The notes below the pieces were generated by a model. That model was not told where the DNA came from. It searched no databases and worked only from the letters and a program-made list of their open reading frames with translations. A program made the position numbers and the translations under genes. A stretch of 64,000 nt of DNA. It comes from Nitrososphaerales archaeon. GTDB taxonomy: Archaea > Thermoproteota > Nitrososphaeria > Nitrososphaerales > UBA213. The stretch lies in contig CBDAOC010000019.1 of NCBI GenBank assembly GCA_965197925.1, positions 32,001 to 96,000 on the forward strand. Direction: 5' to 3'. Positions 54,001 to 64,000 of the stretch are shown here, piece after piece (positions within the stretch are counted from its first letter, which is position 1; each line of letters starts with the position of its first letter).

Positions 54001-54372
54001 ATGCAGGTCAAGTGCAGAAAACTCAAATCAAGCCTCAGGGATAATCGAAGACATATAGTGTTCTGTGAGAATTGTAGGCATTATACCTGTATTACCGATG
54101 GCCACTGCGTGTGCTGCTTCGGTAGGGTCAGGCTGTACAAAAAAAATAACAGGTGGCTGGCAAGTACACTGAACCTTGCTGCAAGACAATACAGGCAACA
54201 GGTGGAGGAATTTCTCCTGTTTCCAGAGGCCAACATTTCAATCATAATAAAACGCAAGGGGATTACTTATAAAATCCCGATCAAGATCATAGCCCTTTGG
54301 GCACAGAACCTCCCACGCCAAAGAATCCTGGCGTATGCCCATGACAACATAACAACGATAACAACGCTGTGA
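54001..54372 (+). CDS. Zinc-finger protein
   Basis: FCENC...HCVCC; intact homologue of the element 1 pseudogene. Confidence 0.75.
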   Translation: MQVKCRKLKSSLRDNRRHIVFCENCRHYTCITDGHCVCCFGRVRLYKKNNRWLASTLNLAARQYRQQVEEFLLFPEANISIIIKRKGITYKIPIKIIALWAQNLPRQRILAYAHDNITTITTL

Positions 54373-54408
54373 TTCTTTAATATATCATTTACCATCAAAA
54401 AGATAATA

Positions 54409-55407
54409 TTGTCATCCGAATTGTCATTGGAAATCGTCAACAGGCTTGCAGGGGACGAGGAATCATTGGAGGCCGCAAAAAAATATTACATGGCAAGGTC
54501 GGTACCACGGCAAACGAGTGTGGGAACGGCCATGGGTGCGAGGCGAGCAGGATTTGTAATACAGGCAGAGATGCGTGCCGGCGAGACCTTCAGGTCCACG
54601 TTGACGGAAAGGGGGTTTACCGATGAGGAACAAGCCAATATCTCACGTAATCTATTCAATATCTTTGAAACCCATACCTTTCGGGATTTCAATCCCAGGG
54701 CTACACACGGGTATCCAGACGACACAAGAATCAGGTCTGCCAAGGCGGTATTACGAGGAACACCAAAGGACCCAAGGCAAGTCAGGCTGGATGCGGCTGC
54801 AAGACAATTAGATGATCGCTCACGTAGGATAGACACGACAATAAAGGCAATACAACAAAAAAATCCAGGAATATCATATGAGGCCGCAAAACTCAGGGGA
54901 AGGGGACTGGTACAGGGCGGGAGAATAACAGGTGGCGCTGGAATAAGCGTTGTACCGGCATCTACCACAGTTGAAAGAACACTGGCAAAAGCAATTGACA
55001 GCCGTGGCAGTGTAGACCTTGCAAGGCTTTCAAAAAGTGAAATGAAGATGCTTGGCGCAGCACAGGCCAACGGAAGAAACGTCCTGACCTCGATAGAGGG
55101 AATGAAGGTGGCACCACAGACCGCAGCGGCAATAACCGTTGGGAAAAGCACGACAATATATCCATCAAGGACTGGTGTCAGGGCAGTAACAGGTACACAT
55201 GGACACCGTAGCAGGGCTGTAAGGTATGCCGCATCGGAATTCGATTTAGCAGGAACCGTTGATGCTGTGACACCAGAGGAACTTGCGACATCCAGGATAC
55301 CCCTTTTCCTATTAGGTTTTGACCAAGGAATCACGTCAATCAAAAATAATATACGAAGAAGTATCGAGTCTGAGATAAACACATTACCAATGAAAATTGA
55401 AACCTGA
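54409..55407 (+). pseudogene. Element protein truncated at 55297 and read through into an IS B fragment
   Basis: Last ~35 residues (PLFLLGFDQGITSIKNNIRRS...) are the antisense of the IS B left end. Confidence 0.7.
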
Positions 55408-55445
55408 TCTTATCGTTTCGACCGGCTTAATTATGCCCAAGCCTC
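55298..55445 (-). mobile_element. Left-end fragment of IS family B
   Basis: Matches 26482-26627 including ...TTATGCCCAAGCCTC. Confidence 0.9.
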
Positions 55446-55939
55446 ATATAATTAAGAATGAATCAGAAGCGCTTGCACATTATCGCGAAAATGACGATGG
55501 TCATTAGAAATTCTTCTAATATTACCACAATGATTGATTTCTGTTCAAATTCCAATTTGGAATATTTTGTAATTGTATAGAATTCACGCTAATTGGCCTG
55601 CAGTAATGTGTTCAAAAATATCCGTATATGGTTTTGAGTATGGAAGTTAAGTTTTAGAATCACTAAAAAATATTATAAATAAATTTTGATATGAAAAGAT
55701 TTCTTTGTGTTCAAAGACCGTAAGAACATCATATTTTTGCTTCCCAATAATGGTATTACAACAGACCATTTTTAGATGTTCTAAACTTTATTGCATTTTC
55801 CCATCTGTTCTGAGATCATCAAAAAAAATAACAAAGCATAGGATATTATCTTTAATTTGATGCCTAACTTGGCTTACCTGCATCACCCAATTCAAATAAT
55901 CCCTCCCCAATGAGATTGGGCAAGTATTCATTATACTAT

Positions 55940-57700
55940 TTATTTAACGGTAACAGATTTTGCCAGATTTCTGGGATAGTCTGGATTTGATTCCCTCTTT
56001 ACAGCTGTGTGATATGCAAGAAGCTGTAACGGTATAACTTCAAGTATTGGGTACAAAAGTTCATTAACTTTCGGTATTCGTATCCATTCGTCATATTTGT
56101 TATTATTAATGTTGGACACTCCTACCACAATAGCACCTCTAGCCTTGATTTCATGTACATTAGCTAATGTGTCTACATATGTTTCGTCTTGTGGATTTAA
56201 CATTACGACAGTAGTATTCTCGTCCATCAGTGCTAATGGTCCATGTTTTAATTCCCCAGCTGGAAGACCTTCTGCGTGCAAATAAACAAGTTCCTTCAAT
56301 TTTAGCGCAGCCTCTAACGAGATAGGATAATGCAAACCCCTTCCCAAGACATAGATATTTCCAATATGCTCGATTTGGTCAGCTATTTTGGAAATGATAT
56401 TCATATTATTCAAGATATTAGTTACAGATTTTTCAATCTCAAGAATATCTTTGAGATGGCCACGATTTGATATCTCATCTAAGATCCTGTAAATGAGGGA
56501 TAACTGTGCAGTGAAACTTTTTGTAGCGGCTACACCAATTTCTGGGCCACAGTTTAACCCCAGAAAAAGATCACTTGCTCTTGCCAGTGAAGACGTAGTA
56601 ATATTAACTAATGAAAGTGTCTTCGCCTTCGAGCCTTTGGCAATCTTCACCACCCTTAAAATATCTGCGGTTTCTCCACTCTGGGATATCGGCATTAGTA
56701 CAGTCCCTTTTGTTAAAACATCAGAACCATACTGGAATTCACTTGCTAATATTGCTTCACACGGCAATTTGGAGTATTTTGAAAAAAGCTTCTTGGCGAT
56801 CATCGCTGCATTATAGCTACTCCCACTTCCTGTTATCATAATCTTTTCAGAAGACATCAACGCTTTCACAAATTCCTGTAAATCTGACTCTCGAACGGAG
56901 AACGCCTTTGCGATTGTGTGTTTTTGTTCGTTGATCTCTTTCAAAGTATAATGGGCATATTTACCCTTATCAGCATCCGCGAGCTCCCACGCTATCTGGG
57001 TAATTTGCTTCTTTACCTTGGACCCATTATCGTCATATATTGCAAGACCATTGTTGTCTATAATTACGAATTCATGATTGTCTAGAAAAATTGCCTGATC
57101 AGTATATTCTATAAAACCTAAAATGTCACTTGAAATATAATAACCGTCCTTAGCAACACCTACAATTAATGGTTCGTCGTATCTAACTCCCGCAAGGGTA
57201 TTATCATCGAAAATAGCTACTAATGCATATGCACCTCTCAGCTTGTTGGTGACATTTTTCATTGCACGTTTGATATCACCATTCTTGTTGAGAAATTCTC
57301 CTAGCATATGAGCAATAACTTCACTATCAGTTTCACTCTTGAATTTATGTCGTCTTGCTACCAGAGATTTCTTGAGTTCTTTATAATTGTCAATAATACC
57401 GTTATGTACTACCGCGATATCATTCCTGCAGTTGTTGTGTGGATGTGCATTCTTATCTGTTACACTCCCATGTGAAGCCCATCTCGTGTGACCAATGCCC
57501 GAGATACCTTTCATGTTTTCAAGACGAAGAACCCTGTTGACCTCATCGACCTTTCCCACACACTTTTTAATTAGAACTTGCCTTCTTGAAATAGTGGCCA
57601 AACCTACACTATCATAACCCCTGTATTCCATTCGCCTGAGACTTTTTACAAGAATTGGTGCAGCAGTTTTATTGCCTGAATATGCTATGATAGAGCACAT
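55940..57700 (-). CDS. glmS: Glutamine-fructose-6-phosphate aminotransferase
   Basis: MCSI, EYRGYDS, GHTRWA.HG, SQSGETAD, ELKHGP, PRNLAKSVTVK. Confidence 0.96.
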   Translation of the reverse strand: MCSIIAYSGNKTAAPILVKSLRRMEYRGYDSVGLATISRRQVLIKKCVGKVDEVNRVLRLENMKGISGIGHTRWASHGSVTDKNAHPHNNCRNDIAVVHNGIIDNYKELKKSLVARRHKFKSETDSEVIAHMLGEFLNKNGDIKRAMKNVTNKLRGAYALVAIFDDNTLAGVRYDEPLIVGVAKDGYYISSDILGFIEYTDQAIFLDNHEFVIIDNNGLAIYDDNGSKVKKQITQIAWELADADKGKYAHYTLKEINEQKHTIAKAFSVRESDLQEFVKALMSSEKIMITGSGSSYNAAMIAKKLFSKYSKLPCEAILASEFQYGSDVLTKGTVLMPISQSGETADILRVVKIAKGSKAKTLSLVNITTSSLARASDLFLGLNCGPEIGVAATKSFTAQLSLIYRILDEISNRGHLKDILEIEKSVTNILNNMNIISKIADQIEHIGNIYVLGRGLHYPISLEAALKLKELVYLHAEGLPAGELKHGPLALMDENTTVVMLNPQDETYVDTLANVHEIKARGAIVVGVSNINNNKYDEWIRIPKVNELLYPILEVIPLQLLAYHTAVKRESNPDYPRNLAKSVTVK

Positions 57701-57769
57701 ATATCTAGAAAAATAGGTTATCCGTTATAAAAATCTCTAACCAAGAAAAAAAATCTAAATTAATCGTCA

Positions 57770-58330
57770 TCAATTGGAAGCTGGAGTCTCATTTACTGCC
57801 TTACCGGAACCAGTTTCTGCAGATACTACAGGCCGTGATGCTAGTTTATATGAACTATTTTTTCTTATTGTAATCATACCCTCGTGGTCACTCTTAACCC
57901 TGTAACTTGGTATACTTACTATCTTGTCATTGATTGTAATATGACCATGAACCACGGCCTGCCTAGCCTGCCAAGGACTCTTTGCAAATCCTTTCCTAAA
58001 AACTATGCTCTGCAGTCTTCGCTCAAGTAGTGTTTCAATCGTGAGGTTTAACACATCATCTAGTGTGGCACCATCTTGCACCAAACCCATCCTTGTTAAG
58101 GAGCCAAGCAAATTGGTTTCTCTATGTAGTCTAGCTCCCTTTGGTAATGCAAGTAAGCCTCTTGCCTGTTTTCTAATCCTTGACAATTCAGTTTGGGCCT
58201 TCCAAAGTTCTTGCTTATTTCTCAACCCGTAAGTACCAAGAATTTGCAATTCAGCCATGAGCTGATCAGAATTCCATGGTCTTCTAGGTTTCTTGTACTG
58301 GTTTTTCGGTTTTTTAGGATCACCCATCAC
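57770..58330 (-). CDS. rps4: 30S ribosomal protein uS4
   Basis: [40 protein letters not shown]. Confidence 0.96.
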   Translation of the reverse strand: MMGDPKKPKNQYKKPRRPWNSDQLMAELQILGTYGLRNKQELWKAQTELSRIRKQARGLLALPKGARLHRETNLLGSLTRMGLVQDGATLDDVLNLTIETLLERRLQSIVFRKGFAKSPWQARQAVVHGHITINDKIVSIPSYRVKSDHEGMITIRKNSSYKLASRPVVSAETGSGKAVNETPASN

Positions 58331-58344
58331 TTTTCACTTTTATC

Positions 58345-58965
58345 TTATGTTGATTTGGATCCTTCTTTCGTCTTTGGCACATCTTTTGCAGAACCAGCAG
58401 TTTGTTTACTTTCTGCAGTGGGAGTAACTCCTTTTGCTGGCGTTGCTTCTTTACCTGCTGGTGCAGCGGTAGTAGCAGCATCTGCTGCTTCGCTAGGTGT
58501 TCCTTTTGGCAATAGTTTTCCAGTCTTCAAAACTGCAACCGCACCACCCTTTCTTCCAGTGGTTCTAGTGCATTGACCCCTCACCTTCAAACCCATCATA
58601 TGTCTGAATCCCCTATAACTCAAAACACCCTTTTCCCGTTCTATATCATTGTGAACTGCAACATCCAACGCGGTAGAAATAAGATGTGTTGTCATACCGG
58701 TGTCCACCTCTCTTCTTCTGTTCAAAAACCATTTGGGGATACCAATCCCTTCAGGGTTTCTAATTCCATTTTCTAAAACATTAACCTCACTTTCTGATAA
58801 AAATCCTGCCCGTAAATTAGGATCTATCTTTAACGTATTAAGTAATACTTGCGCAAAATTAAAACTCAAACCCCTTAGCTGGCTCAATGCTACTACCAGC
58901 TTTCTGCCTCCATCAACATCCTTTCCAAGGATTCTAACTATATACCTATACTCTTTAGAGGACAA
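58345..58965 (-). CDS. rps13: 30S ribosomal protein uS13 with low-complexity C-terminal tail
   Basis: YRYIVRI.G.D.DG, P.WFLNRR, YRGFRH..GLKVRGQ.TRTTGR. Confidence 0.96.
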   Translation of the reverse strand: MSSKEYRYIVRILGKDVDGGRKLVVALSQLRGLSFNFAQVLLNTLKIDPNLRAGFLSESEVNVLENGIRNPEGIGIPKWFLNRRREVDTGMTTHLISTALDVAVHNDIEREKGVLSYRGFRHMMGLKVRGQCTRTTGRKGGAVAVLKTGKLLPKGTPSEAADAATTAAPAGKEATPAKGVTPTAESKQTAGSAKDVPKTKEGSKST

Positions 58966-59151
58966 TTCACAACTTTTTTGCAGGTGCTACAATAAAAACC
59001 ATACTACTAATTGTAATTGCTTGGCTAACCGAGGAAGGCTATTTCTTTCTAACTTCTTGGTTTTTATGACTTGGTTAAGATTATTACTGTGAAAACCATC
59101 TGTTGAGTTAATAAGATTTAAATCCAAAATAAGAGAGAGTTTATTGTTGTA

Positions 59152-60798
59152 ATGATCGAAGAACAAAAAACAATTGAACTTGTACATAGATGTTATACCT
59201 CCCAACCCAAGTATACCGAAATAGAACCTGGTGTACCTGAGGACTATCAGCACATAAATACTCTTGGGCAATTGCTAGAAATAAATTATAAGGAATCTAA
59301 AGTTGGTGATCAGCTCAGAAGGAATCTTATTGCAAAGAGGAAACTAAATCAATCCCCTTATTATGGAATAGTAGGCTTTGAAGAGGATGTAATACCTTCT
59401 ACTGACAGGGCTATTCTTGCAGATCATGATATTATCTATATAGGAGAGATTGGACAGGCGAAAACCAAACTTGCAGAAACAATTGCAAGGAATTTACTTT
59501 CACCAATATCAGCAGTTCGGGGTACGCTTACAAATGATATTCCTACAACTATTCCAGAAGATGAACTGGTATCTATGCTTACGGATCAAAAGATCATACG
59601 AACGTCACCAGAATTCTACGTTTCCAAAGAATGTGAAAATATAATAAGAGATAATAAACTTGATACTAAAATAGAATGGGTTGAAGGAAAAAGACGATAC
59701 AAATATGTTCTTGCAACACCCGACATTTCCGTAAAAGACCTTGTTGGACAGATTGACGCAATCAAGATTGCTAAGAAGGGAGTGGAGATTTATGATATAG
59801 AATCCTACTCTCCTGGACAATTATTGCAAGCAAGACATGGTATACTGTGCATTGACGAACTTCCTGTACTAGACCCAAGGAAGCAAGTTGTCTTGCTGAG
59901 TGTATTGCAAGAAGGCAAGTTTACGACGGGTGCTTATCCAGTTATTTTCAAGCCACTAACAAAAATAATTGCAACTGCAAATCCAATAGATTATACTCAT
60001 TCTGGCAAGATAATAGAACCATTGTTTGACAGATTGAGTCATATCGACACGCATTATCCATCTACTCTTGAACAAGAGATGGCGATAATGTTACAAGAGA
60101 TGAAATTTAATGATGATAAGACTTTTCTACCAATATTTATGTTGAAAACTTTGGCTAGAACAGTTCACATGGCTAGAGAACATCCCGATGTAAATAAGTA
60201 CAAAGGTGTCAGTGTAAGAATGAGTATTCATAGTTTAGAGTTGCTTATAAGTGAAGCAATACGAACAAGAACCATGTATCATGATGTACTAACAGTTCCG
60301 AGACCATGCGATATTTACTCTATCCACCAAGCAGCAAAGTTTGAATTATCAGAAATAGAAGATACTAGAGAAAATAGGGTGAGTGTTCTTAACTCATTAA
60401 TCGAAGAATCCCTTAAGCAAACAGCACTTGAATATATGGTGGGGGTTGACCAGGCTCAACTTACGCAAATAAAAGAGGAATTCACTAACAATAAAATATT
60501 TGAGGTGGCGCAGAATTTACTTGGAGATAATAAAAATTCAGGCAACTATGTAAACCAACTGAATAAATTCCAAACCCTGAAAAATTTGGTAGATCAAGTT
60601 AAAAAAATTGTAAAGAACGATCAGGATGCGTTTACAGAAAAAATGAAAAAATATAACACTGAAAGTGTTGTGATATCTCACTTTGATGATTTGAACGGAG
60701 AACTCACTGCGTCTGTAACTGAAATTGTTTTGGAGGGTCTGCGTTGGCTCAAACCAGCAATATTGGATAAGAAAGAGAAGGGCTATGTCACAGCCTAG
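59152..60798 (+). CDS. ChlI/MoxR-like AAA+ ATPase
   Basis: GEIGQAKT, GILCIDELP.L, ATANP.DYT..G.IIEPL.DRL. Confidence 0.85.
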   Translation: MIEEQKTIELVHRCYTSQPKYTEIEPGVPEDYQHINTLGQLLEINYKESKVGDQLRRNLIAKRKLNQSPYYGIVGFEEDVIPSTDRAILADHDIIYIGEIGQAKTKLAETIARNLLSPISAVRGTLTNDIPTTIPEDELVSMLTDQKIIRTSPEFYVSKECENIIRDNKLDTKIEWVEGKRRYKYVLATPDISVKDLVGQIDAIKIAKKGVEIYDIESYSPGQLLQARHGILCIDELPVLDPRKQVVLLSVLQEGKFTTGAYPVIFKPLTKIIATANPIDYTHSGKIIEPLFDRLSHIDTHYPSTLEQEMAIMLQEMKFNDDKTFLPIFMLKTLARTVHMAREHPDVNKYKGVSVRMSIHSLELLISEAIRTRTMYHDVLTVPRPCDIYSIHQAAKFELSEIEDTRENRVSVLNSLIEESLKQTALEYMVGVDQAQLTQIKEEFTNNKIFEVAQNLLGDNKNSGNYVNQLNKFQTLKNLVDQVKKIVKNDQDAFTEKMKKYNTESVVISHFDDLNGELTASVTEIVLEGLRWLKPAILDKKEKGYVTA

Positions 60799-62158
60799 CA
60801 ATAAGGGATTTGTATATTATCAAAGCCAGAAGAATCGGGGGGAGGAGAACAAATTATCCAAAGATTTAACGAACATATTATCCCAAGATATAATGAACAA
60901 ACTACTCCTAACACTTGGCAGAGAAGCAATAAGGGAAAGAACCCCATCCATAGAGGAATTAGAGAAGACCCTTCAGGAGATGCTTTCGATTGAAAGGGGC
61001 AATATAAACAATCTGTTAGAAAATAATTCGTCTAGTGCTGAGAACGGATTGGAGGGCGGGGGAAGTGCAGTTGTGAAATTTCTTATTCACAAAGGTTACC
61101 TGAAGGAAGGGGCAAGATGGTTAACTAATAGGGGGTTCATGAGCATTGGTTCAAAAATTCTCGCGGATTTAATGAAGGCCTTGAAGAGCGGTGATCTTGG
61201 TCTACATGATACCTTGAAGTTAGGTTCTGGCAATATTATATTGGATACTAGCAAGAAGTATGAACTTGGTGATGATATAAGATTACTTAACGTTCCAAAA
61301 TCATTATTTAACACGGTAGAAAGAATTGCAAAAAATTCTAACACAATCAAATTTCCGTTGAATATTGATGTTGATGATTTTGAAGAGTATGAGACGAATC
61401 AAGATGTCCGTCTGGCTATCACTTACTGTATAGACCTGAGTTCAACCATGCGTTATTCCTCTGGGTTAGGTGATGTAACTAGGATCGAAGCGGCGAAGCG
61501 TGCTTTATGGAGTTTATATGTATTAAACAGAAAATTCTTTCCAACTGATTCGATTTACATAGTCGGTTTTGGTGCACTTGCGTCAAAAGTATTACCGCAG
61601 GATATACCGTATCTAAAGACTTTTGAACCAGGTAATGATTTTTTGCACTATACTAATTATCAAGCAGTATTCAGGTTAGCCACTAAGATTCTACAATCAG
61701 ACGGTGCATTCAACAAGAGAATAGTTTTGATAACAGATGGTCATCCAAGTGCATGTTTCGTTGAAAATGATTATGAAAAGGATAAAATACTTTCCGCAAG
61801 ACCTTATTCACATTTCTATAAACCTGATGAGGACACCATTGAAGCTGTAAAGGCAAAAAAAGATATGAAACTTGATATGGGTGGTGGTGAGCAAGTGTAT
61901 TTATGTTACAGGTATAGGCAGGTAGATCCTTACATAGGAATGAAGACCGCTAACGAAGCTAAAAAGTGTAGGGATGCAGGCATCGAGATTGACACATTAA
62001 TGGTTAGTGAGGAAGATGCTTTACTCACATATGTTAACAAATTGGAGAAACAGGTGAAGGGAAGATCTTACTACATCAACCCGGCAAACATTGATAGATT
62101 ATTGATCACAGATTATCTTTCAAACAAGAAACACCGCATCAACACAAGATCATATTGA
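60785..62158 (+). CDS. vWA-domain partner of the AAA+ ATPase
   Basis: MIDAS DLSSTM, TNYQ, LITDGHP; start MSQPS likely. Confidence 0.85.
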   Translation: MSQPSNKGFVYYQSQKNRGEENKLSKDLTNILSQDIMNKLLLTLGREAIRERTPSIEELEKTLQEMLSIERGNINNLLENNSSSAENGLEGGGSAVVKFLIHKGYLKEGARWLTNRGFMSIGSKILADLMKALKSGDLGLHDTLKLGSGNIILDTSKKYELGDDIRLLNVPKSLFNTVERIAKNSNTIKFPLNIDVDDFEEYETNQDVRLAITYCIDLSSTMRYSSGLGDVTRIEAAKRALWSLYVLNRKFFPTDSIYIVGFGALASKVLPQDIPYLKTFEPGNDFLHYTNYQAVFRLATKILQSDGAFNKRIVLITDGHPSACFVENDYEKDKILSARPYSHFYKPDEDTIEAVKAKKDMKLDMGGGEQVYLCYRYRQVDPYIGMKTANEAKKCRDAGIEIDTLMVSEEDALLTYVNKLEKQVKGRSYYINPANIDRLLITDYLSNKKHRINTRSY

Positions 62159-62209
62159 TTGATTTTGTCATTATACCTTTAAATATTGCTAGATCCCGAA
62201 ACGAACTAA

Positions 62210-63226
62210 TTGGGCAAAAAAGCTGCTATTATTAAAGGAGATGGTACAGGGCCAGAGCTTGTTGATGCGATGCTAAATGTATTGAAAGCGTGTAAGACTC
62301 AAGTCGAACTAATCCAGTGTGAGGCTGGTTCTGAATGGTGGGAAAAACATGGAGGAGATTCTTACATTTCAAAAGAAACGTGGGGACTGCTAGAGGAATG
62401 TGATGCTTGCTTCAAGGGCCCAACTACTACCGTACCTATTCCAACTGCTCCCCGAAGTTTAGCTGTCAGCATCAGACAGAAATTTGTGCTATATGGAAAT
62501 ATCAGACCGATCAAATCTTACGGCAGAGCGGACAAGAAATTGGATTTTATATGTGTTAGAGAGGCCACAGAAGGACTCTATGCTGGTATAGAATTCAAAA
62601 TTGGTGACGATTCTGCTATTGCTATAAGAAAGACGACGAGGGATAAATGCGAGAGAATAGCGAATAAGGCTTTTGAAATTGCAATTAAGAAAGGTTTCAA
62701 AAAAGTTATTCCAATAACGAAACGCAATATATTGAAGGAGACGGATGGCATATTCATGGAGGCTGTAAAAAAAGTACAGTCACAATATGGCGGCATAGAG
62801 ATAGAAGAGTACTATATTGATAATATGTGTCAACAACTGGTTAAGAATCCTGAACGATTTAACCAGTGCATCCTAGTAAGTACAAATTTGTTCATGGATA
62901 TTGTTTCAGAAACTGCCTCAGGTCATGTTGGTTCCATCGGAAATGTTTACTCTGGCAATATAGGTGATAACTACGCTATGTTCGAACCTGCCCATGGAAG
63001 TGCGCCAAAGTATAAGGGTATGAACAAGGTGAATCCAGTTGCAACTATACTCTCTGCAGCATGGATGTTGGAATATCTTGGTGAGAGTAACCTTGCAACT
63101 GCCATATTTGATGCCACAGATCAGATAATAAATGAGAACAAGTTTGTTACTTATGATTTAGGAGGTAATGCAACCACAGCCGAGGTTGCTGAAAAAATAG
63201 CTGAAAGAGCGACAAAAATGCTCTAG
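62210..63226 (+). CDS. Isocitrate/isopropylmalate dehydrogenase family protein
   Basis: GDGTGPE, KGPTTT, RE.TEGLY, NLFMDI.S, FEPAHGSAPK. Confidence 0.92.
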   Translation: MGKKAAIIKGDGTGPELVDAMLNVLKACKTQVELIQCEAGSEWWEKHGGDSYISKETWGLLEECDACFKGPTTTVPIPTAPRSLAVSIRQKFVLYGNIRPIKSYGRADKKLDFICVREATEGLYAGIEFKIGDDSAIAIRKTTRDKCERIANKAFEIAIKKGFKKVIPITKRNILKETDGIFMEAVKKVQSQYGGIEIEEYYIDNMCQQLVKNPERFNQCILVSTNLFMDIVSETASGHVGSIGNVYSGNIGDNYAMFEPAHGSAPKYKGMNKVNPVATILSAAWMLEYLGESNLATAIFDATDQIINENKFVTYDLGGNATTAEVAEKIAERATKML

Positions 63227-63298
63227 TGATTTGATCACAGCAGTTTATTGAACTCTTAATGGAATAATTCTTAAATTACTGTTGACGATTCTTTAACC

Positions 63299-63670
63299 AT
63301 GCAATTATACATAATTGGGGGAATTGCTGGAGGTATTGCCATAGTAATAATGGCATTGTCTCTAGTGCAATACTCCAATGAGGAGTATGCACTGGATGTT
63401 GATGCTTTCAAAGATCAATCTGACCTTATGGGTTTTGTCCGTGTCATCCTTACCAACACAGGGCGTTCTCCTCTTACAAACATTATAATTGATTTTGGTG
63501 ATTATAAAGAAGTAATACCTAATCTTCCGTCTGGTGAAAAGATGATAATTTCACCCAGGGTTGATACACAGGTAGATCATGTTGTTGTAACTGCTGATAA
63601 CGGTATAACCATAAAAAAACAGTTTAGAACGGCACCCAAAATGCCAGGTATGATAGGTGGAATGGGATAA
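63299..63670 (+). CDS. Membrane-anchored hypothetical protein
   Basis: N-terminal TM, V.LTNTG..PLTNI beta domain. Confidence 0.65.
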   Translation: MQLYIIGGIAGGIAIVIMALSLVQYSNEEYALDVDAFKDQSDLMGFVRVILTNTGRSPLTNIIIDFGDYKEVIPNLPSGEKMIISPRVDTQVDHVVVTADNGITIKKQFRTAPKMPGMIGGMG

Positions 63671-64000
63671 CCAAATGCCTGAAGCGCTAATTTCTTCAAA
63701 ATCTCTACTCCCAGAACATACCAACACCTAAACTATTGTTTTTAAAATCCTAACGAATTCTGCAGCGATTATGGTGGCTACCCGATTAATCATAATTGAA
63801 CGAATAGATAATTTCGCGGCAAGGTTAGAACACTGCATGGTTCATTATGTTCATAAGTAGACGATCTCTTACTTATCTATAGCCTGTTGTTGTTTGATTT
63901 ATTCTTTATAAAAATAGATTCAGAATCTTGTAAAAGCTTAACTATTATATAGATAAGAATTTTCCATCGAAGCAATTATAAAAATTTCTATCGTAGGGAT

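Larger units (their letters stand above)
40403..55297 (+). mobile_element. Element 2: integrated provirus-like element (spindle-shaped or enveloped archaeal virus-like), right end truncated
   Basis: Origin-like end, ATPase, cluster of small TM proteins, giant adhesin, shared promoter motifs, higher GC; no host housekeeping genes. Confidence 0.75.

Noticed and set aside
40403..55297. Casposon, conjugative element or tailed provirus
   Set aside because: No Cas1/PolB, no large VirB4/relaxase, and no terminase, portal or HK97 capsid motifs recognised
54486..55382. 298-aa minus-strand ORF
   Set aside because: Antisense shadow of 54409..55407; its start lies in the IS B fragment
58345..58520. Ala/Thr/Lys-rich uS13 tail as a novelty
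   Set aside because: Low-complexity tails on ribosomal proteins are common in this lineage

Overview
Archaeal window, most likely Nitrososphaerota (ammonia-oxidiser lineage). This is inferred from a SlaA-like S-layer fragment, PEF(G)-CTERM cupredoxin proteins, archaeal uS4/uS13 and a tRNA-Arg with a D-loop intron. Core genes (haem pathway, pepF, corA, glmS, rps4/rps13, AAA+/vWA pair, decarboxylating dehydrogenase) are interspersed with three expanding IS families and many pseudogenes. The main finding is a pair of related, visibly more GC-rich integrated elements in opposite orientations. Element 2 (~40.4-55.3 kb) has an iteron/hairpin origin-like end, a packaging-type P-loop ATPase, several small hydrophobic proteins including a spindle-virus-like capsid candidate, and a ~1,650-codon frameshifted adhesin, but no integrase. 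Element 1 (~5.0-10.0 kb) is a minimal version with the same end, ATPase and partner genes plus a tyrosine integrase and a divergent RHH-RHH switch with two palindromic operators, but no virion genes. Both elements end at the TCTAGA centre of the same 16-bp palindrome inside an IS5-family element. They use two recurring promoter-position motifs (TTCTTTAATATAT and AACGTCATA). I interpret this as a candidate provirus plus satellite pair that may use an IS as its attachment site. All family assignments were made by eye without database searches, and assembly artefacts at IS repeats are not excluded.
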